From: an uncultured delta proteobacterium
GTDB lineage: Bacteria; Myxococcota_A; Polyangia; Fen-1088
Length of the DNA: 64,000 nucleotides
NCBI GenBank assembly: GCA_963767925.1
Contig: CAVYGB010000008.1
Location: forward strand, 1,568,001 to 1,632,000
Direction: 5' to 3'
In this document: in pieces, positions 63,255 through 64,000 of the stretch
Position numbering within the stretch: the first letter of the stretch is position 1
Layout of the letters: each line of letters starts with the position of its first letter
Translations under genes and position numbers: made by a program
Notes under the pieces: generated by a model
What the model saw: the letters and a program-made list of their open reading frames with translations, nothing else
The model's database searches: none
Told to the model about the DNA's origin: nothing

Positions 63255-63979
63255 CGGGTCTCGAGGGCCTGGCCGGCCGCCTGCAACGCGGCCAGGGCGC
63301 GGGCGGCGGCGTTCTGCTGGGCCTCTTTCTTGGACTTGCCCAGCGCGCGGCCGTACTCCTTGCTGCCGAGGTAGATGGCCACCTCGAAGGTCTTGTCGTG
63401 GTCCGGCCCTTCCTGCGCGATCACCGTGTAGGTGGGCGCCAGGTGCAGGCGGGCCTGGGAGATCTCCTGCAGGCGGGACTTGAAGTCCCGATCGGCCGCG
63501 GTGGAGGCCTGGGCCAGCTCGCTCTCGAACAGCCGTTCGGCCACCCGGTAGGCGGCGTCGAACCCCCCATCCCGGTAGACCGCTCCCACGAGGGCCTCGA
63601 GGGCGTCGGCCAGGATCGAGCGCTTCTGGCGGCCGCCGGCCTGCTCCTCGCCGCGGCCGAGGAAGATCCACTGGCCCAGGGCGAGCACCTCCGCCACCCG
63701 GGCCAGACCGGCCTCGTTGACCAGGGCCGCGCGCTTCTTCGACAGCTCACCTTCGGGATGCTCCGGGTGGTGGCGCATCAGGAGGTCGCTCATCACCAGG
63801 GCGATCACGGCGTCACCGAGGAACTCGAGCCGTTCGTTGTCCGCCCTGCCCTCCTCGGCCCGCTCGTTGAGCCAGGACTTGTGCGTCAGCGCAGTCTCAC
63901 ACAGGCGCTCATCGAGAAAGTGGTACCCGAGCCGTTGCTCGAGCGCGCTGTACCGGGCGTCACCTCTGGCGGCGATCAT
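63251..63979 (-). CDS. rnc: ribonuclease III
   Basis: ALTHKS, NERLEFLGDAV, EGELSK.RA.LVN, LADALEALVGA, dsRBD (DFKSRLQE...GKSKKEAQQNAA). Confidence 0.96.
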   Translation of the reverse strand: MIAARGDARYSALEQRLGYHFLDERLCETALTHKSWLNERAEEGRADNERLEFLGDAVIALVMSDLLMRHHPEHPEGELSKKRAALVNEAGLARVAEVLALGQWIFLGRGEEQAGGRQKRSILADALEALVGAVYRDGGFDAAYRVAERLFESELAQASTAADRDFKSRLQEISQARLHLAPTYTVIAQEGPDHDKTFEVAIYLGSKEYGRALGKSKKEAQQNAAARALAALQAAGQALETR

Positions 63980-64000
63980 GGTCGCGGGACGAGTATAACG

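Noticed and set aside
62955..63671. ORFs across the rnc-cca spacer (62795..63229, 62955..63671, 63094..63483)
   Set aside because: Shadow ORFs overlapping rnc or cca; the spacer is explained by the hairpin elements

Overview
High-GC (~70%) bacterial chromosome segment, most likely Myxococcota (Polyangia-like). This is inferred from the ATC-initiated IF-3 with a C-terminal tail, the eukaryote-like kinases, an FHA-sigma54 activator, Cys/Gly-rich lipoproteins and giant TPR proteins. Layout: ~1-12.8 kb is an accessory region with several gene fragments, lactonase, carbonic anhydrase, crcB and a TonB-dependent receptor. 12.9-19.8 kb is an fcl-gmd-rmlD-polyprenol-P-sugar synthase-GT-C-TMTC-like glycosylation operon. 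It is followed by tRNA-Arg, DUF885, msrPQ and dtd, then the core tRNA-Val-thrS-infC-rpmI-rplT-pheST-ihfA-merR-tRNA-Pro-surE-nlpD block. The rest holds a kinase/TPR/FHA-EBP/lipoprotein operon, a DEAD-box helicase with RDSGP repeats, two giant TPR proteins, hutH, a tRNA nucleotidyltransferase and rnc. Many single-base frameshifts fall in essential genes and are probably sequencing or assembly indels. The most notable signal is non-coding: three copies (39146-39310, 62930-63094, 63091-63254) of a 160-161 bp CTAG-bounded hairpin element. The copies have unrelated ~55-nt arm sequences but the same geometry and a gap-free 54-nt core with covarying pairs between tandem G.A mismatches. Two copies sit exactly at the rnc stop / cca start junction.
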